DNA of 64,000 bases from an uncultured Oscillospiraceae bacterium (GCA_964551215.1 CAZKBV010000001.1:5412-69411), one strand, 5' to 3'. Positions 35,487 through 45,422 are shown, counted from the stretch's first letter. Numbers and translations are program-made. The notes: generated by a model from the letters alone, not told the origin.

Positions 35487-36881
35487 TTAATAACGTTGCA
35501 TGGCGCTGTCACGGGCGCCTCCGTCAGAGTTCGGGACAGTCAAGATGCCAAGACTTGAGCCGTTTATCGTCACGGCATAGGAACCGTTTCCGATAAGCGC
35601 AACGCTGTCAAATACAAACGGCGTAATTTCCTCGCCGTTTTTGTTTATCAAACCGTACAAACCCGTATCGCAGTGCGCTGCTGTGGCGATTCCCTGCTCA
35701 AAGCCTGAAATATCCGCGTAAATAAATTCAGTAAGATTGTTGCCGCTGTCGTCCAAAACAGCATATTTATATATGGGAGGGCCGGAAAACGACGAAGTTC
35801 CGCCGTCGGCGCAACATTTACCCAAAAGGATTCCGCCCTTTGCCTCAATAATATAGTCCTTTGGCTCGGCTATTCTTTCTCCGTTCGTATTTATTAAATA
35901 CCAATCCGATGTTCCGTTTTCAGATTTGCAGACGTTCGCTATCCCATCTTCAAAGGCTCCGGCGCTTGAATAATCGAACGGAAGCGCAAGCTGCCCCTGT
36001 TTGTCGACATAGCCGTATTTATCGTTAAAAAGCACGGGAGCAAGACCTTCGCTGAATTTTCCCGGATAATCAAAATATACCGACGCAATAAGTTCGCCCT
36101 TTTCGTTCAGATACTTCCAGCCGTTATCGAGTACGGCTATTCTGTCATTGTCACAAATCAACGCGTTTAAATATACACACGGCAGAATTTCCTCGCCGTA
36201 TTTATCCGCAACGCCATATTTCCCGTCCTTTTCAACCGTCATAAGTTCTTCATATTCGCAAAAATTTCCATTATTTGCAATATCGCTGTATTCCACAGGA
36301 GATTTCGGGATTCCGTTTTCTCCGTAAAATCTGAAAAGCCCGTTTTTTTGCGCCCATATGGTACCGTAACTGTTCCAAAAAATTCCGTCGTATTCGCACG
36401 GCAAAATTTCCTCGCCCGTTTTTCCTATAAGGCCGTATTTTCCGTTTAAATAAACGCTTGCAAATCCGTTGATAAAATCGCTCACACTGTCGTATTTGCT
36501 TAAATCGAACAGTTCCTCGCCGGCGGAATCGACAACTCTTTTTTCAAAGCCGTTGTTCCCCCACCAACCGACGCAATATTGCCCTTGCCCAAACGGCCGC
36601 ACTGCGCTGTAGGCTATAGGCACAATTATGTCCCCGTCGCTGCCGATAACGCCTGTTTTGACATCGCTTCCGCCGTAGGAAGCCGTAAGTATAACAGAGC
36701 CATCCGGAGAGATTGAGTCTATTCGAGCGGCTTGGCAGCTCTCGTCATGCCATATTTCCTTTATTGAAACGCCGTATTCCCCTATGGGTTCCTCCGGCAA
36801 ATCAACAACGGCAAATTTTTCCGAAAACAATTGAAGCAAGCAAAGTATTAAAATTTTTACTGATTTTGTGACATTTAACAT
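35487..36881 (-). CDS. Secreted WG-repeat (KWG) protein
   Basis: N-terminal signal-like hydrophobic segment. Multiple ~35-aa repeats of the form KYGLIGKTGEEILPCEYDGIF / KYGYVDKQGQLALPFDYSSAGAFEDGIA, characteristic of WG/KWG repeats. Confidence 0.6.
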   Translation of the reverse strand: MLNVTKSVKILILCLLQLFSEKFAVVDLPEEPIGEYGVSIKEIWHDESCQAARIDSISPDGSVILTASYGGSDVKTGVIGSDGDIIVPIAYSAVRPFGQGQYCVGWWGNNGFEKRVVDSAGEELFDLSKYDSVSDFINGFASVYLNGKYGLIGKTGEEILPCEYDGIFWNSYGTIWAQKNGLFRFYGENGIPKSPVEYSDIANNGNFCEYEELMTVEKDGKYGVADKYGEEILPCVYLNALICDNDRIAVLDNGWKYLNEKGELIASVYFDYPGKFSEGLAPVLFNDKYGYVDKQGQLALPFDYSSAGAFEDGIANVCKSENGTSDWYLINTNGERIAEPKDYIIEAKGGILLGKCCADGGTSSFSGPPIYKYAVLDDSGNNLTEFIYADISGFEQGIATAAHCDTGLYGLINKNGEEITPFVFDSVALIGNGSYAVTINGSSLGILTVPNSDGGARDSAMQRY

Positions 36882-36907
36882 TTTTTCACCTACAGTCTAT
36901 ACTAAAC

Positions 36908-37738
36908 CTACTTGTGAGCGGAAAATCCGTTATCCCCCGAAGATTCATATTTTTCAAAATAGTTTTTATACAGTGTTTGTAATTGTACCCCGTTAGTTCC
37001 ATCGGCAATTATGTATTCTGTCCTATCTCCGTTTTCGTCAGAAATGGATTCACTGATGAGTAACGGCACAAATAAAGAATCATATATAATTTCTGCCGTG
37101 TTTCCACGAGATATATAATCCGTAGTAACACATTTGTCACTTATAATCCCTATTTCCGTTGCAACCGAAACATAGCCGACAGGATAATCCCCTCTTTGTT
37201 TAGCCACTTCTTCATAACCCAATGCGCATACAAGGATTTTTAACGCATCTTGATACGTTATATAATCGTCAGGCGCAAATAAATTTTCGGGGATCGTTGC
37301 GTTTGTTCCATACAATTCATTAAAATCATCTCTGTAGAACAGCTCGCTTTGATCAATTTCATTGCCGTTTTCATCTAAATCCACAAAGTATAACTTCTCG
37401 GCTTCCATAACTCCATTTATCAACCCGCGGCTATAGCAAAACGTTATATATTGATTAGCCCAATGCTCCGTCGGCACATCCGCAAAAAAGTTGTTATTGT
37501 CAATCGACTTTTCTTTATCATCTATGCCTAACATCACCGAAACCATTTTGCAAAATTCCGCACGAGTAACGTTATTTTGAGGTTGAAAACTGCCATCTTC
37601 ATAACAATTTATAATATTATACTGTTTTAACTTTTCAATTTTTTGCTCCATTGAATAGGTCGTTGATGTTTCATCAGCGTATATGGTTATATTAGATAAA
37701 AGACATATGACACAAAAAATAACGGTTAATTTTTTCAT
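36908..37738 (-). CDS. Secreted protein with SLH domains
   Basis: Signal peptide MKKLTVIFCVICLLSNITIYA. SLH-like segments YEDGSFQPQNNVTRAEFCKMVSVML, FADVPTEHWANQYITFCYSRGLINGV and FAPDDYITYQDALKILVCALG. Confidence 0.6.
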   Translation of the reverse strand: MKKLTVIFCVICLLSNITIYADETSTTYSMEQKIEKLKQYNIINCYEDGSFQPQNNVTRAEFCKMVSVMLGIDDKEKSIDNNNFFADVPTEHWANQYITFCYSRGLINGVMEAEKLYFVDLDENGNEIDQSELFYRDDFNELYGTNATIPENLFAPDDYITYQDALKILVCALGYEEVAKQRGDYPVGYVSVATEIGIISDKCVTTDYISRGNTAEIIYDSLFVPLLISESISDENGDRTEYIIADGTNGVQLQTLYKNYFEKYESSGDNGFSAHK

Positions 37739-37806
37739 ATAATAAATGTTCCTTTCTTAAATGGGTACAAGTAAACCCTAAAAATAGGGTTTACTTGTAA
37801 AAAATA

Positions 37807-38364
37807 TTACAGGGCACTCCAAGAAATAGCTGCGTAGTACGAGTTGAAGTTTGTTGTTTTATATGTCAGCCCAAAGGAATAATATTGACTTGAAGCGGTA
37901 CTTAATCCTGTAATATAACCGTTTCTTAAATAGATGTCGTCACCTTGATCTCTTAAATCAAACGAGCCTTTATATTTACTGTTAGTTATGTCATAAATAT
38001 CAACAGTGGCATTTGCACCGGTTACTTCACCATAATAATAAAGTCTGCCTGAAGAATTGGCATTAAAGTGTTTGCCACATTGAACAACTGCCGCTTTATT
38101 ACCGCTGATTGTGTAAGGACCATCGTCAAGATCATAATAAGAAGTAGAAACCCATCTCTGAAGTTTTGCCTGTTCATATGCTTCCGCCACATCATCCAGA
38201 TAAACGAGATCAATGATGTCGATTACATTCCCATTTTCATCTGTTTCAACAAACTGGATGTTATCATCGGTTATCGGTTCGACCGCAAAAGCTCCAACAC
38301 ACATTGCCGACATAGCCACAACTGTTGCTAAACACATAGCAAGAATCTTCTTAAGCTTTTTCAT
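37807..38364 (-). CDS. Small secreted protein, hypothetical
   Basis: Signal peptide MKKLKKILAMCLATVVAMSAMCVGAFA, Tyr/Ser/Thr-rich beta-type mature region. AAGGAGG RBS. Confidence 0.5.
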   Translation of the reverse strand: MKKLKKILAMCLATVVAMSAMCVGAFAVEPITDDNIQFVETDENGNVIDIIDLVYLDDVAEAYEQAKLQRWVSTSYYDLDDGPYTISGNKAAVVQCGKHFNANSSGRLYYYGEVTGANATVDIYDITNSKYKGSFDLRDQGDDIYLRNGYITGLSTASSQYYSFGLTYKTTNFNSYYAAISWSAL

Positions 38365-38594
38365 AAATAAAATCCTCCTTAAAAAATATTTTTATACATA
38401 TTGATTACCGATAAATCATTTCAATCGGCTTAAAACATTTTGCCGGTTATTGCTTTAACATATCTATGTTTCTTTAATACTGCATAATTACAGAATCAAC
38501 AAAACATAACATAATCGGCAGAGAACGGAGCCAATATGTATAACTCCGTCTGTATTTCTCAGTCCAACGGAATCACCTCCCTAAATGCATATTT

Positions 38595-39035
38595 TTATTT
38601 GGAACCGTAATCATATGTGTCGCTGTATTTGGTTACGGACTCAATGCAGCTTCCGTTGCTGTTATAAGCTTTGTGTACGCTGTAAAGCCGATATTTATAT
38701 CCTTTTAAAGGCGTGTAATATTTATCCACCTTGGCAATCTGTTCTCCGGTATCGCTCCATGTTTCTATTGTCTCCCAGCCGCCGTCATAACGTTGAAGAT
38801 TTACCGTTACCCCCGCTGTATAGTTGTCTTCTGTCATCGTATTGCCTGAACATTCAAACATTCCGCCGCTCATTTTTAGATTTAGGTAAGCATTGCTTAT
38901 GGCAATATAGTTTGCCGAATCTACGGACAATGTACTTAGCCCTTGCGCTTCGGACGTCATAAATAAACAGCCGAGCACAACCAACGACGCGATGTTCCGA
39001 ATAAAATTTTTTAACCCTTGCTTTTTCATAAACAC
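38595..39035 (-). CDS. Small secreted protein, hypothetical
   Basis: N-terminal signal sequence (ASLVVLGCLFMTSEA), 146 aa, no recognised domain. Confidence 0.45.
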   Translation of the reverse strand: MFMKKQGLKNFIRNIASLVVLGCLFMTSEAQGLSTLSVDSANYIAISNAYLNLKMSGGMFECSGNTMTEDNYTAGVTVNLQRYDGGWETIETWSDTGEQIAKVDKYYTPLKGYKYRLYSVHKAYNSNGSCIESVTKYSDTYDYGSK

Positions 39036-39169
39036 ATCTCCTTTTGACTTTTGACTTTTTGTCTTTGATTATCCCTTCATATATTAAAACGATTTAAAAG
39101 GCAAAAAGTGTAAACTTTTTTTCAAAAAAATTCATTTTTGTAAAAATTATACAAAAATTCGCGACAAAT

Positions 39170-39207
39170 TTTATACAAAACGCCGACCGGTTTGTCCGTG
39201 TCGGCGT
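39170..39207 (-). terminator. Rho-independent terminator after the anti-sigma gene
   Basis: ACGCCGAC / GTCGGCGT 8-bp stem (39180-39207). U-tract on the minus transcript, from plus-strand TTATACAAAA. Confidence 0.45.
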
Positions 39208-39238
39208 TTGTAATCATGAAGTCAAGGGAAATGTCGTT

Positions 39239-39946
39239 TTATCTTACTTCCCTTATGCCTTCCAAAATTTTATAAAGCTCGTCCTTTGATATTGAACCCA
39301 TTAAAATATAAGCATAATTGTCGTCGTTCCAAACAAAGGCGTTGTGCCTTTTGTTTGTTATATAAACGCCTTCGTATCCGTTAATCTCAATGGTTTCAAT
39401 TTCGGCGTTCTCGGTATCAATGTCAAATAAGCCTTCGGGGAATCTGACGCTTAACGAAAAGCTCTTTGAATTCTCGAAATTTTTATATATTGCATCGAAC
39501 ATACTTTTGCTATGTTTCTTTTCCGAAAGCTCAAAGCCTTCGGGGATATATTCCAGCTCAAAATCGCCCACCGCGTTACGGATTGCCCCTCTCTCAGCAA
39601 AGGTAAAGGTTGTTCCCGGAGAGCTTCTGTCAAACACAAAATTCAGCACCTTTACGCGCCACGCCTCAACCCCGAATGTGGTTATCGCAAGCCCCGCCAA
39701 AATAATTATAAATACGCAGGCAATCTTTTTGCCGTTTGCCATAAGCTGTTTGCCGACTTTTTTCCGGCGGTTTTCAGCCAAAAGCTTTCGGATTTTCTTA
39801 TGCCCCTTTACCGAAAGCGAAAGACTCTCGTTCTCGGTTTCGGCATACAGCCCGTCAATATAAGAGCTTTCCTTTTCATATTCGGATTTGGCGGCTTTTT
39901 CAAGCATAATGTCAAAAACCCGCTCAAAGGTGTTCTCTGTTTTCAT
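39239..39946 (-). CDS. DUF4367-type membrane protein, putative anti-sigma factor
   Basis: Cytoplasmic N-terminus, single TM (IACVFIIILAGLAITTF), extracytoplasmic C-domain ending YILMGSISKDELYKILEGI. Directly follows the ECF sigma gene with a 1-nt gap. Confidence 0.55.
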   Translation of the reverse strand: MKTENTFERVFDIMLEKAAKSEYEKESSYIDGLYAETENESLSLSVKGHKKIRKLLAENRRKKVGKQLMANGKKIACVFIIILAGLAITTFGVEAWRVKVLNFVFDRSSPGTTFTFAERGAIRNAVGDFELEYIPEGFELSEKKHSKSMFDAIYKNFENSKSFSLSVRFPEGLFDIDTENAEIETIEINGYEGVYITNKRHNAFVWNDDNYAYILMGSISKDELYKILEGIREVR

Positions 39947-39947
39947 G

Positions 39948-40472
39948 TTAAAGCCTCCCTTCCATATATTTTCTTATTTCATCTTTGATTTTTCTGATAT
40001 CTTTTTTTACGGTTTCGCTCGAAACATTCAGCGTCTTCGCGATGTCGTCGATTTTTAATTCGTAATTATACTTTAACAAAAAAATATCCTTTTTTCTTTG
40101 AGAAAGTCTGTCTATCGCTTCGGAAAGCTCGGCCAGCGTTTCCGCCGAAAGCACGATTTTTTCCGGAGATTTATAGTTGCCGTCAGCGGCTTCTTCTATA
40201 TTATCGATATATTCTACCCTGTGGTAAGCGTTTTGCATATCAATGGAAATATTTCGGCATATCAAAGCCAAAAAGTTTCGACATTCGCTTTCATTGCGCC
40301 CTTCAAGCTGATATAATATTTTCATTGTCCGCTCAAAGGTCGCGCTTAGAGCGTCTTCGGCCAAGTAGCTGTCCCGCAAAATATCGTTCGCGATTTTATA
40401 AATAAGCTTATTATATTTTTTGTACAGATACTCTAATTTTTGGTAACCATTCATTTTCTCAAATTTTTTCAC
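39948..40472 (-). CDS. ECF-type RNA polymerase sigma-70 factor
   Basis: Region 2 (YLAEDALSATFERTM...) and region 4 HTH (LSQRKKDIFLLKYNYELKIDDIAKTLNVSSETVKKDIRKI). A TTGACA-17-TATACT promoter overlaps the first ATG at 40526, so the start is more likely the GTG at 40472 (AGGTGG RBS) or the ATG at 40454. Confidence 0.7.
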   Translation of the reverse strand: MKKFEKMNGYQKLEYLYKKYNKLIYKIANDILRDSYLAEDALSATFERTMKILYQLEGRNESECRNFLALICRNISIDMQNAYHRVEYIDNIEEAADGNYKSPEKIVLSAETLAELSEAIDRLSQRKKDIFLLKYNYELKIDDIAKTLNVSSETVKKDIRKIKDEIRKYMEGRL

Positions 40473-40690
40473 GTATTCCACCTGCCTGTTTCGCGGCTCA
40501 GCTGCTCCGTAAGATAAGTATATCATGCTTTTAAATTTTTGTCAACACGCCGAAAGGCGGCGCGCCTTGGGGGAATACAAAGACGGGCCGCGTTTGTTTT
40601 TTACGGCCCCTTCCGCGCTGTCAATTGTCCGAATAAATTTTTATTTCTATGGAAAAATACCCTTAAATAAATCTTTCGGAGGATTGCAGC

Positions 40691-41359
40691 ATGAGTGAGC
40701 TTACACAGGTGGCGCTGACAGCGCTTATTTCGGCGGCCGTACTTTTTGTTCTTACGGAGCTTATGGGTCAAAAGCAGCTTTCCCAGCTCAATATGTTCGA
40801 CTACGTTACCGGCATAACCATAGGCTCCATTGCGGCGGAAATGGCCACGGAGCTTGAAAAAAATCCGCTGAACGGCATTGCCGCAATGGCGGTATACGCC
40901 CTTTTGGGGATACTCTTTTCCTATATAGGCCGAAAAAACCTTAAGCTAAGGCGTACGCTCAACGGGAAAATATATCTCCTTATGGAGGACGGCAAGCTGA
41001 ACAAAAAGGAATTTGCCAAGGCCCACATAGATTTAAGCGACTTTCTCATGTTCGCCAGAATACAGGGCTATTACGACCCCTCCCGAATAAGCGCCGCCCT
41101 AATGGAGCCGAACGGCGCCCTGAGCTTTCTGCCCCGCGAAAGCGACCGTCCGGCGACAGTGGAAGATTTGGGGCTTAAAAGGGAGCAAAGCCGCATGGCC
41201 CGCAACCTTATTATGGACGGGAAAATTATGGAGGAAAGTCTGCGCCGAAGCGGAATAAGCCGTCGGCGGCTGGAGGAAGAGTGCCGCAAAAACGGCTACG
41301 ACCGCGTTGAGGACGTTTTCCTCGCGACAGTAAGCAACGGCGTTGTTACCTTTTACTAA
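40691..41359 (+). CDS. DUF421 (YetF-like) membrane protein
   Basis: N-terminal TM helices and the conserved LGQKQLSQLNMFDYVTGITIGSIAAEMA segment typical of DUF421. Confidence 0.6.
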   Translation: MSELTQVALTALISAAVLFVLTELMGQKQLSQLNMFDYVTGITIGSIAAEMATELEKNPLNGIAAMAVYALLGILFSYIGRKNLKLRRTLNGKIYLLMEDGKLNKKEFAKAHIDLSDFLMFARIQGYYDPSRISAALMEPNGALSFLPRESDRPATVEDLGLKREQSRMARNLIMDGKIMEESLRRSGISRRRLEEECRKNGYDRVEDVFLATVSNGVVTFY

Positions 41360-41366
41360 AGGCCCC

Positions 41367-41609
41367 TTAAAGCACGTCCTCCGCTATATCCTCCATATGA
41401 CAGGGACAAATTTCATTTTCCTCCAAAAATCGGGCAAATTTTGCCGCTCTTTCCTCCGAGGCAAAAATTCCCGAAAGGAAAGCCTCCTCCACAAGCCTTC
41501 CGTTTTGTAATCTTCTTCCCCTTATTCCATAGGAAACAGCGCTTTTTCCCATTACGACTTCCACAACGGCCATCGGTTCGTATATAAAAACCCGACCGCT
41601 CTTTCCCAT
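41367..41609 (-). CDS. Small hypothetical protein, 80 aa
   Basis: Strong GAAAGGAGG RBS 7 nt upstream of the ATG at 41609. A TTGAAA-17-TATAAT promoter lies on the minus strand at ~41676-41710. Confidence 0.4.
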   Translation of the reverse strand: MGKSGRVFIYEPMAVVEVVMGKSAVSYGIRGRRLQNGRLVEEAFLSGIFASEERAAKFARFLEENEICPCHMEDIAEDVL

Positions 41610-41739
41610 GGCTTTGTCCTCCTTTCATCAAAGCGCCATAGGCGTAAATTTTTCAGAGATTCTCTTGGAAACAGTACACATTATAACATACGTTATCCGT
41701 GTTTTCAACGCGAAAAATTCCCCTCGTAAGCCCGAATTT

Positions 41740-41774
41740 CCGGTTTTTCGCCTGTTGAAAACCGGTATTTTTTT
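41740..41774 (+). terminator. Orphan plus-strand rho-independent terminator
   Basis: CCGGTTTTT / AAAACCGG stem (41740-41765) followed by TATTTTTTT. No plus-strand gene ends within 380 nt. Confidence 0.4.
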
Positions 41775-42049
41775 GCGCTGTTTTATATAAAAATGTCGTG
41801 TTTTTTCAAATACGGCACATTATGTTCGGTTTCGCTTCGCTTTCCGATACAAGATTTTTCGCTATATTTTGCAAAGAAATATTAAATTTTCTTCATTATT
41901 TTTGCTGTTTATCCTTTGCCGAATACGCAAAATCAAAAAAATCTCCGTGTTTCTTGTTTATACGGCAATATTAAGGATTTATTCACATTATTTTTCTTGC
42001 TCACGGGGCAAATATGTGCTATAATACAGTAAGAAACGGAGGCGAAAAT

Positions 42050-42724
42050 ATGCTCAAATTCATAAAACGGCTGATAAGCGCCGTGCTTATTCTCGCTCTG
42101 TGCTCCGCAGCGCTGCTTGCGTTTTTGGGATACAGAGAAAGCCGGACGGCTCTGGCGGAAAAGCCCCTTGACTCCGCCGTGGCGGAAATACGGGCAAAAG
42201 AACATTTCACGTCTCTTTCCGACCTTCCGGAAATTTATACCGACGCCGTTGTGGCCGTCGAGGATCACCGTTTCCGTATGCATTTCGGAATAGACCCCTT
42301 GGGGATAGCCCGGGCAATTATTGTGAACATTCGCGGCGGAGAGCTTAAAGAGGGCGGCAGCACCATAACCCAGCAGCTTATTAAAAACATATATTTCCCC
42401 GAAAACAGGGATATTATCAAAAAAGTCGCCGAAGCCATTCTCGCGGTAAAGCTGGAAAACAATTATTCAAAGGACGACATTCTTGAGCTTTACGTAAACA
42501 ACATCTATTTCGGCGACGGCTACTACTGCGTATATGACGCTTCAATGGGGTATTTCGATAAGACTCCCGACAAAATGAACGCCTACGAAAGCACGCTTCT
42601 GGCGGGGATTCCCAACGCTCCGTCGGTTTATTCTCCGACGAAGAACCCCGATTTGGCCGAGCAGCGGCGCCAAACTGTGCTGAAAAAGATGAAAGCCGAG
42701 GGCTACGATACGGGCGAAGAATAA
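42050..42724 (+). CDS. Monofunctional biosynthetic peptidoglycan transglycosylase (GT51)
   Basis: N-terminal TM, then EDHRFRMHFGID and GGSTITQQL GT51 motifs. ATG at 42050 with a GGAGG RBS. A TTGCTC-17-TATAAT promoter at ~41997-42026 overlaps the ORF track's upstream start. Confidence 0.8.
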   Translation: MLKFIKRLISAVLILALCSAALLAFLGYRESRTALAEKPLDSAVAEIRAKEHFTSLSDLPEIYTDAVVAVEDHRFRMHFGIDPLGIARAIIVNIRGGELKEGGSTITQQLIKNIYFPENRDIIKKVAEAILAVKLENNYSKDDILELYVNNIYFGDGYYCVYDASMGYFDKTPDKMNAYESTLLAGIPNAPSVYSPTKNPDLAEQRRQTVLKKMKAEGYDTGEE

Positions 42725-42881
42725 AAAACGATTGGGTAACCGCCCGGGTCGGCAGTCCGAGAGCCGATTTTAAACCCCCTTCATTTTTTCTTCCAAAGCT
42801 ATTGACAAATTTGAAAATTATTATATAATTATTTGTGTAAATAGCGCAATCAAATAATATTATAAGGAAGGACGACGGTAA

Positions 42882-44510
42882 ATGAACAACGCATATTTTT
42901 CCATACACGAGCCTGCCAACGAGACTATACACGGCTATATGCCCGGCAGCAAGGAACGCGCTTCCCTTAAGGCGGAGCTTAAGCGGCAAAGCGCGACGGT
43001 GGTAAACATTCCCCTTGTTATCGGAGGGAAGGAAATCTTTACCGACAATGTTACAGAAATAACAATGCCTCATGACCATCACCACGTAATCGCCAGGTGC
43101 TGTCTTGCCGGTGAGGATGAGCTTAACATGGCAATCGACGCGGCAATGAGCGCAAAAAAGGCTTGGGCGTCAATGCCTTGGGAACACAGAGCGTCCATAT
43201 TCATGAAGGCGGCCGAGCTTCTCGCCGGTCCGAGGAGAGACAAGCTCAACGCGGCAACAATGCTGGGTCAGAGCAAAACCGCTTTTCAGGCCGAAATTGA
43301 TTCCGCCTGCGAGCTTACGGACTTTATCCGCTACAATGTCTATAACGCTCAGGAGCTTTACAAGACTCAGCCCAACAGCGTCGGCGCAGTCTGGAACAGA
43401 AACGAGTTCCGCCCTCTTGACGGTTTTGTAACCGCCCTTACTCCGTTTAACTTCACATCTATCGGCGGCAATCTTGCCATTGCCCCCGCGATAATGGGCA
43501 ACACCGTTCTTTGGAAGCCCTCCACCACGGCTGTGCTTTCCAACTACTACTTTATGAAGCTCCTTGAGGAGGCCGGTCTCCCCGCCGGAGTTATCAACTT
43601 CATCCCTTGCAGGGGCGTGGATATAAGCAAGTACGTTATTCCCCACAAGGATTTCGCCGGCTTCCACTTTACAGGCTCCACCAAGGTGTTCAGCGGCGTA
43701 TGGACGACCGTGGGCCAAAATATTTCCACATACAAAAGCTATCCCAGAATCGTGGGCGAAACAGGCGGCAAGGACTTTATCTTCGCTCACGGCAGCGCGG
43801 ATGTCGAAGCCCTCAGCGCGGCCATTGTAAGAGGCGCCTTTGAGTTTCAGGGTCAGAAATGCTCGGCAGCGTCCAGAGCCTATATCCCCGCAAGCATATG
43901 GGAGGAAGTCAAGACAAGAGTGCTTGCCGAGGCCGCTAAGCTTAAGGTAGGCGACGTCGCGGACTTCTCCACCTTCATGGGAGCGGTTATCGACAAGGCC
44001 TCCTTTGACAACATCAAGTCTTACATAGATTACGCCAACGAATCTGAGGACGCGGAGGTGCTCTGCGGCTCGTATGACGACAGCAAGGGCTGGTTCGTTA
44101 AGCCTACGGTTATTTTGGCTAAAAAGCCGGATTTCAAAACTATGGCCGAAGAAATATTCGGGCCTGTTATCACCGTTTACGTTTACGATGACGACAAGCT
44201 GGACGAAACGTTGGAGCTTTGCGACAAAACCAGCGCGTATGCCCTTACCGGAGCTATTTTCGCTCAGGACAGAAACGCTTTGATGCATATGGAGGAAGCT
44301 CTTAACAGCGCGGCAGGCAACTTCTATATCAACGATAAGCCCACCGGCGCGGTTGTAGGTCAGCAGCCTTTCGGCGGCGCGCGGGCTTCCGGCACAAACG
44401 ATAAGGCCGGCAGTATCTTCAACCTTATCCGCTGGGTAAATATCAAGTGTACAAAAGAGAATTTCGTCCCCTCCTACGACATCAATTATCCCTATATGTG
44501 CGAGGAATAA
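42882..44510 (+). CDS. rocA: 1-pyrroline-5-carboxylate (L-glutamate gamma-semialdehyde) dehydrogenase
   Basis: 542-aa ALDH family with NFIPCRG and FEFQGQKCSAASR motifs typical of RocA/PruA. Consensus promoter (TTGACA-16-TATAAT) at ~42804-42832. Confidence 0.85.
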   Translation: MNNAYFSIHEPANETIHGYMPGSKERASLKAELKRQSATVVNIPLVIGGKEIFTDNVTEITMPHDHHHVIARCCLAGEDELNMAIDAAMSAKKAWASMPWEHRASIFMKAAELLAGPRRDKLNAATMLGQSKTAFQAEIDSACELTDFIRYNVYNAQELYKTQPNSVGAVWNRNEFRPLDGFVTALTPFNFTSIGGNLAIAPAIMGNTVLWKPSTTAVLSNYYFMKLLEEAGLPAGVINFIPCRGVDISKYVIPHKDFAGFHFTGSTKVFSGVWTTVGQNISTYKSYPRIVGETGGKDFIFAHGSADVEALSAAIVRGAFEFQGQKCSAASRAYIPASIWEEVKTRVLAEAAKLKVGDVADFSTFMGAVIDKASFDNIKSYIDYANESEDAEVLCGSYDDSKGWFVKPTVILAKKPDFKTMAEEIFGPVITVYVYDDDKLDETLELCDKTSAYALTGAIFAQDRNALMHMEEALNSAAGNFYINDKPTGAVVGQQPFGGARASGTNDKAGSIFNLIRWVNIKCTKENFVPSYDINYPYMCEE

Positions 44511-44524
44511 TCCCGAATTTGGTT

Positions 44525-44563
44525 ATGAGCCTTGGCAAAAGCTGCCAAGGCTCATGTTTTATT
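44525..44563 (+). terminator. Rho-independent terminator after rocA
   Basis: Perfect 13-bp stem ATGAGCCTTGGCA / TGCCAAGGCTCAT followed by GTTTTATT. Confidence 0.65.
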
Positions 44564-44626
44564 GCATAAACCTCCGCGTCGGCGCATATATATTACGGTA
44601 AAACCGCATGAAAGGGGAGCTGTATT

Positions 44627-44881
44627 TTGCCCGACAACGGAAACCTTATACTTGAAAACCGGGAAAAGCTCAGTGTTACAGCAGTAAACGACGTGGAAAG
44701 CTTTGACGAGAAAAGGATAGTTCTTAAAACCGGCGACTGTCGGCTGATAATTGAAGGGAACGGGCTTAAAATAAGCAGTGTTAACGTAGAGAACGGCGAA
44801 GCCGTTATTACCGGACTTGTAAGCAGCTGCGCCTATATCGGCGCAAGGCAGGGTTCCTTATGGGGGAAGCTCTCAAAATGA
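44627..44881 (+). CDS. yabP: Sporulation protein YabP
   Basis: LILENREKLSVTAVNDVESFDEKRIVLKTGDCRLIIEGNGLKISSVNVENGEAVITG fits the YabP family. TTG start with an AAAGGGGAG RBS. Confidence 0.7.
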   Translation: MPDNGNLILENREKLSVTAVNDVESFDEKRIVLKTGDCRLIIEGNGLKISSVNVENGEAVITGLVSSCAYIGARQGSLWGKLSK

Positions 44882-45357
44882 CGGTTTCATCTCTCCATCA
44901 GCTCAATTTTTTTCTTTTCAGCATAGCCGCCGGAGGCGCGCTGAGCTTTTTATACTGCTTTATGGCCGAAGTCCGCCGCCGAAGCGTTCGGGGTTCCTCC
45001 GCGGCGGCGGATATTCTGTTCTGGGCGGCCGCGGCGGCTACGGTAATCGCTTCGGGGCTTATGCTCAACGACGGCGGCATAAGGGGCTATCAGCTTTTCG
45101 GCACGGTATGCGGCTTTATTCTTCATTCGCTGTGCATGGGAAGCTTCTCGGCACGGCTTTGCCGTATTCTTGTTGAAATATTGGCCAAGCTGTTGTCCCC
45201 GTTATTTTTTCTTTGCCGCGGAATTTATTTATACGCGGCAAATACGCTCCATAAGCTGAACATCACCGTGTGCAAAATAAAACAAAACAGGCAAAAAATG
45301 ACAGCAAGGAACAAAACCCGCAAAAAAATAAGAAAAAAATACAAAAAAATGCTTTAA
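44878..45357 (+). CDS. yabQ: Spore cortex biosynthesis protein YabQ
   Basis: Multi-TM small protein directly after yabP, with an ATGA start/stop overlap, as in Bacillus. The ORF track offers an alternative start at 44860. Confidence 0.6.
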   Translation: MTVSSLHQLNFFLFSIAAGGALSFLYCFMAEVRRRSVRGSSAAADILFWAAAAATVIASGLMLNDGGIRGYQLFGTVCGFILHSLCMGSFSARLCRILVEILAKLLSPLFFLCRGIYLYAANTLHKLNITVCKIKQNRQKMTARNKTRKKIRKKYKKML

Positions 45358-45422
45358 AACACTTTACAAATCAAATTTTTTGATATATACTATAAATATA
45401 TTTGTGCGGAGGAGGAGTACCA

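Noticed and set aside
43170-44288. 372-aa minus-strand ORF
   Set aside because: Antisense to the P5C dehydrogenase gene.
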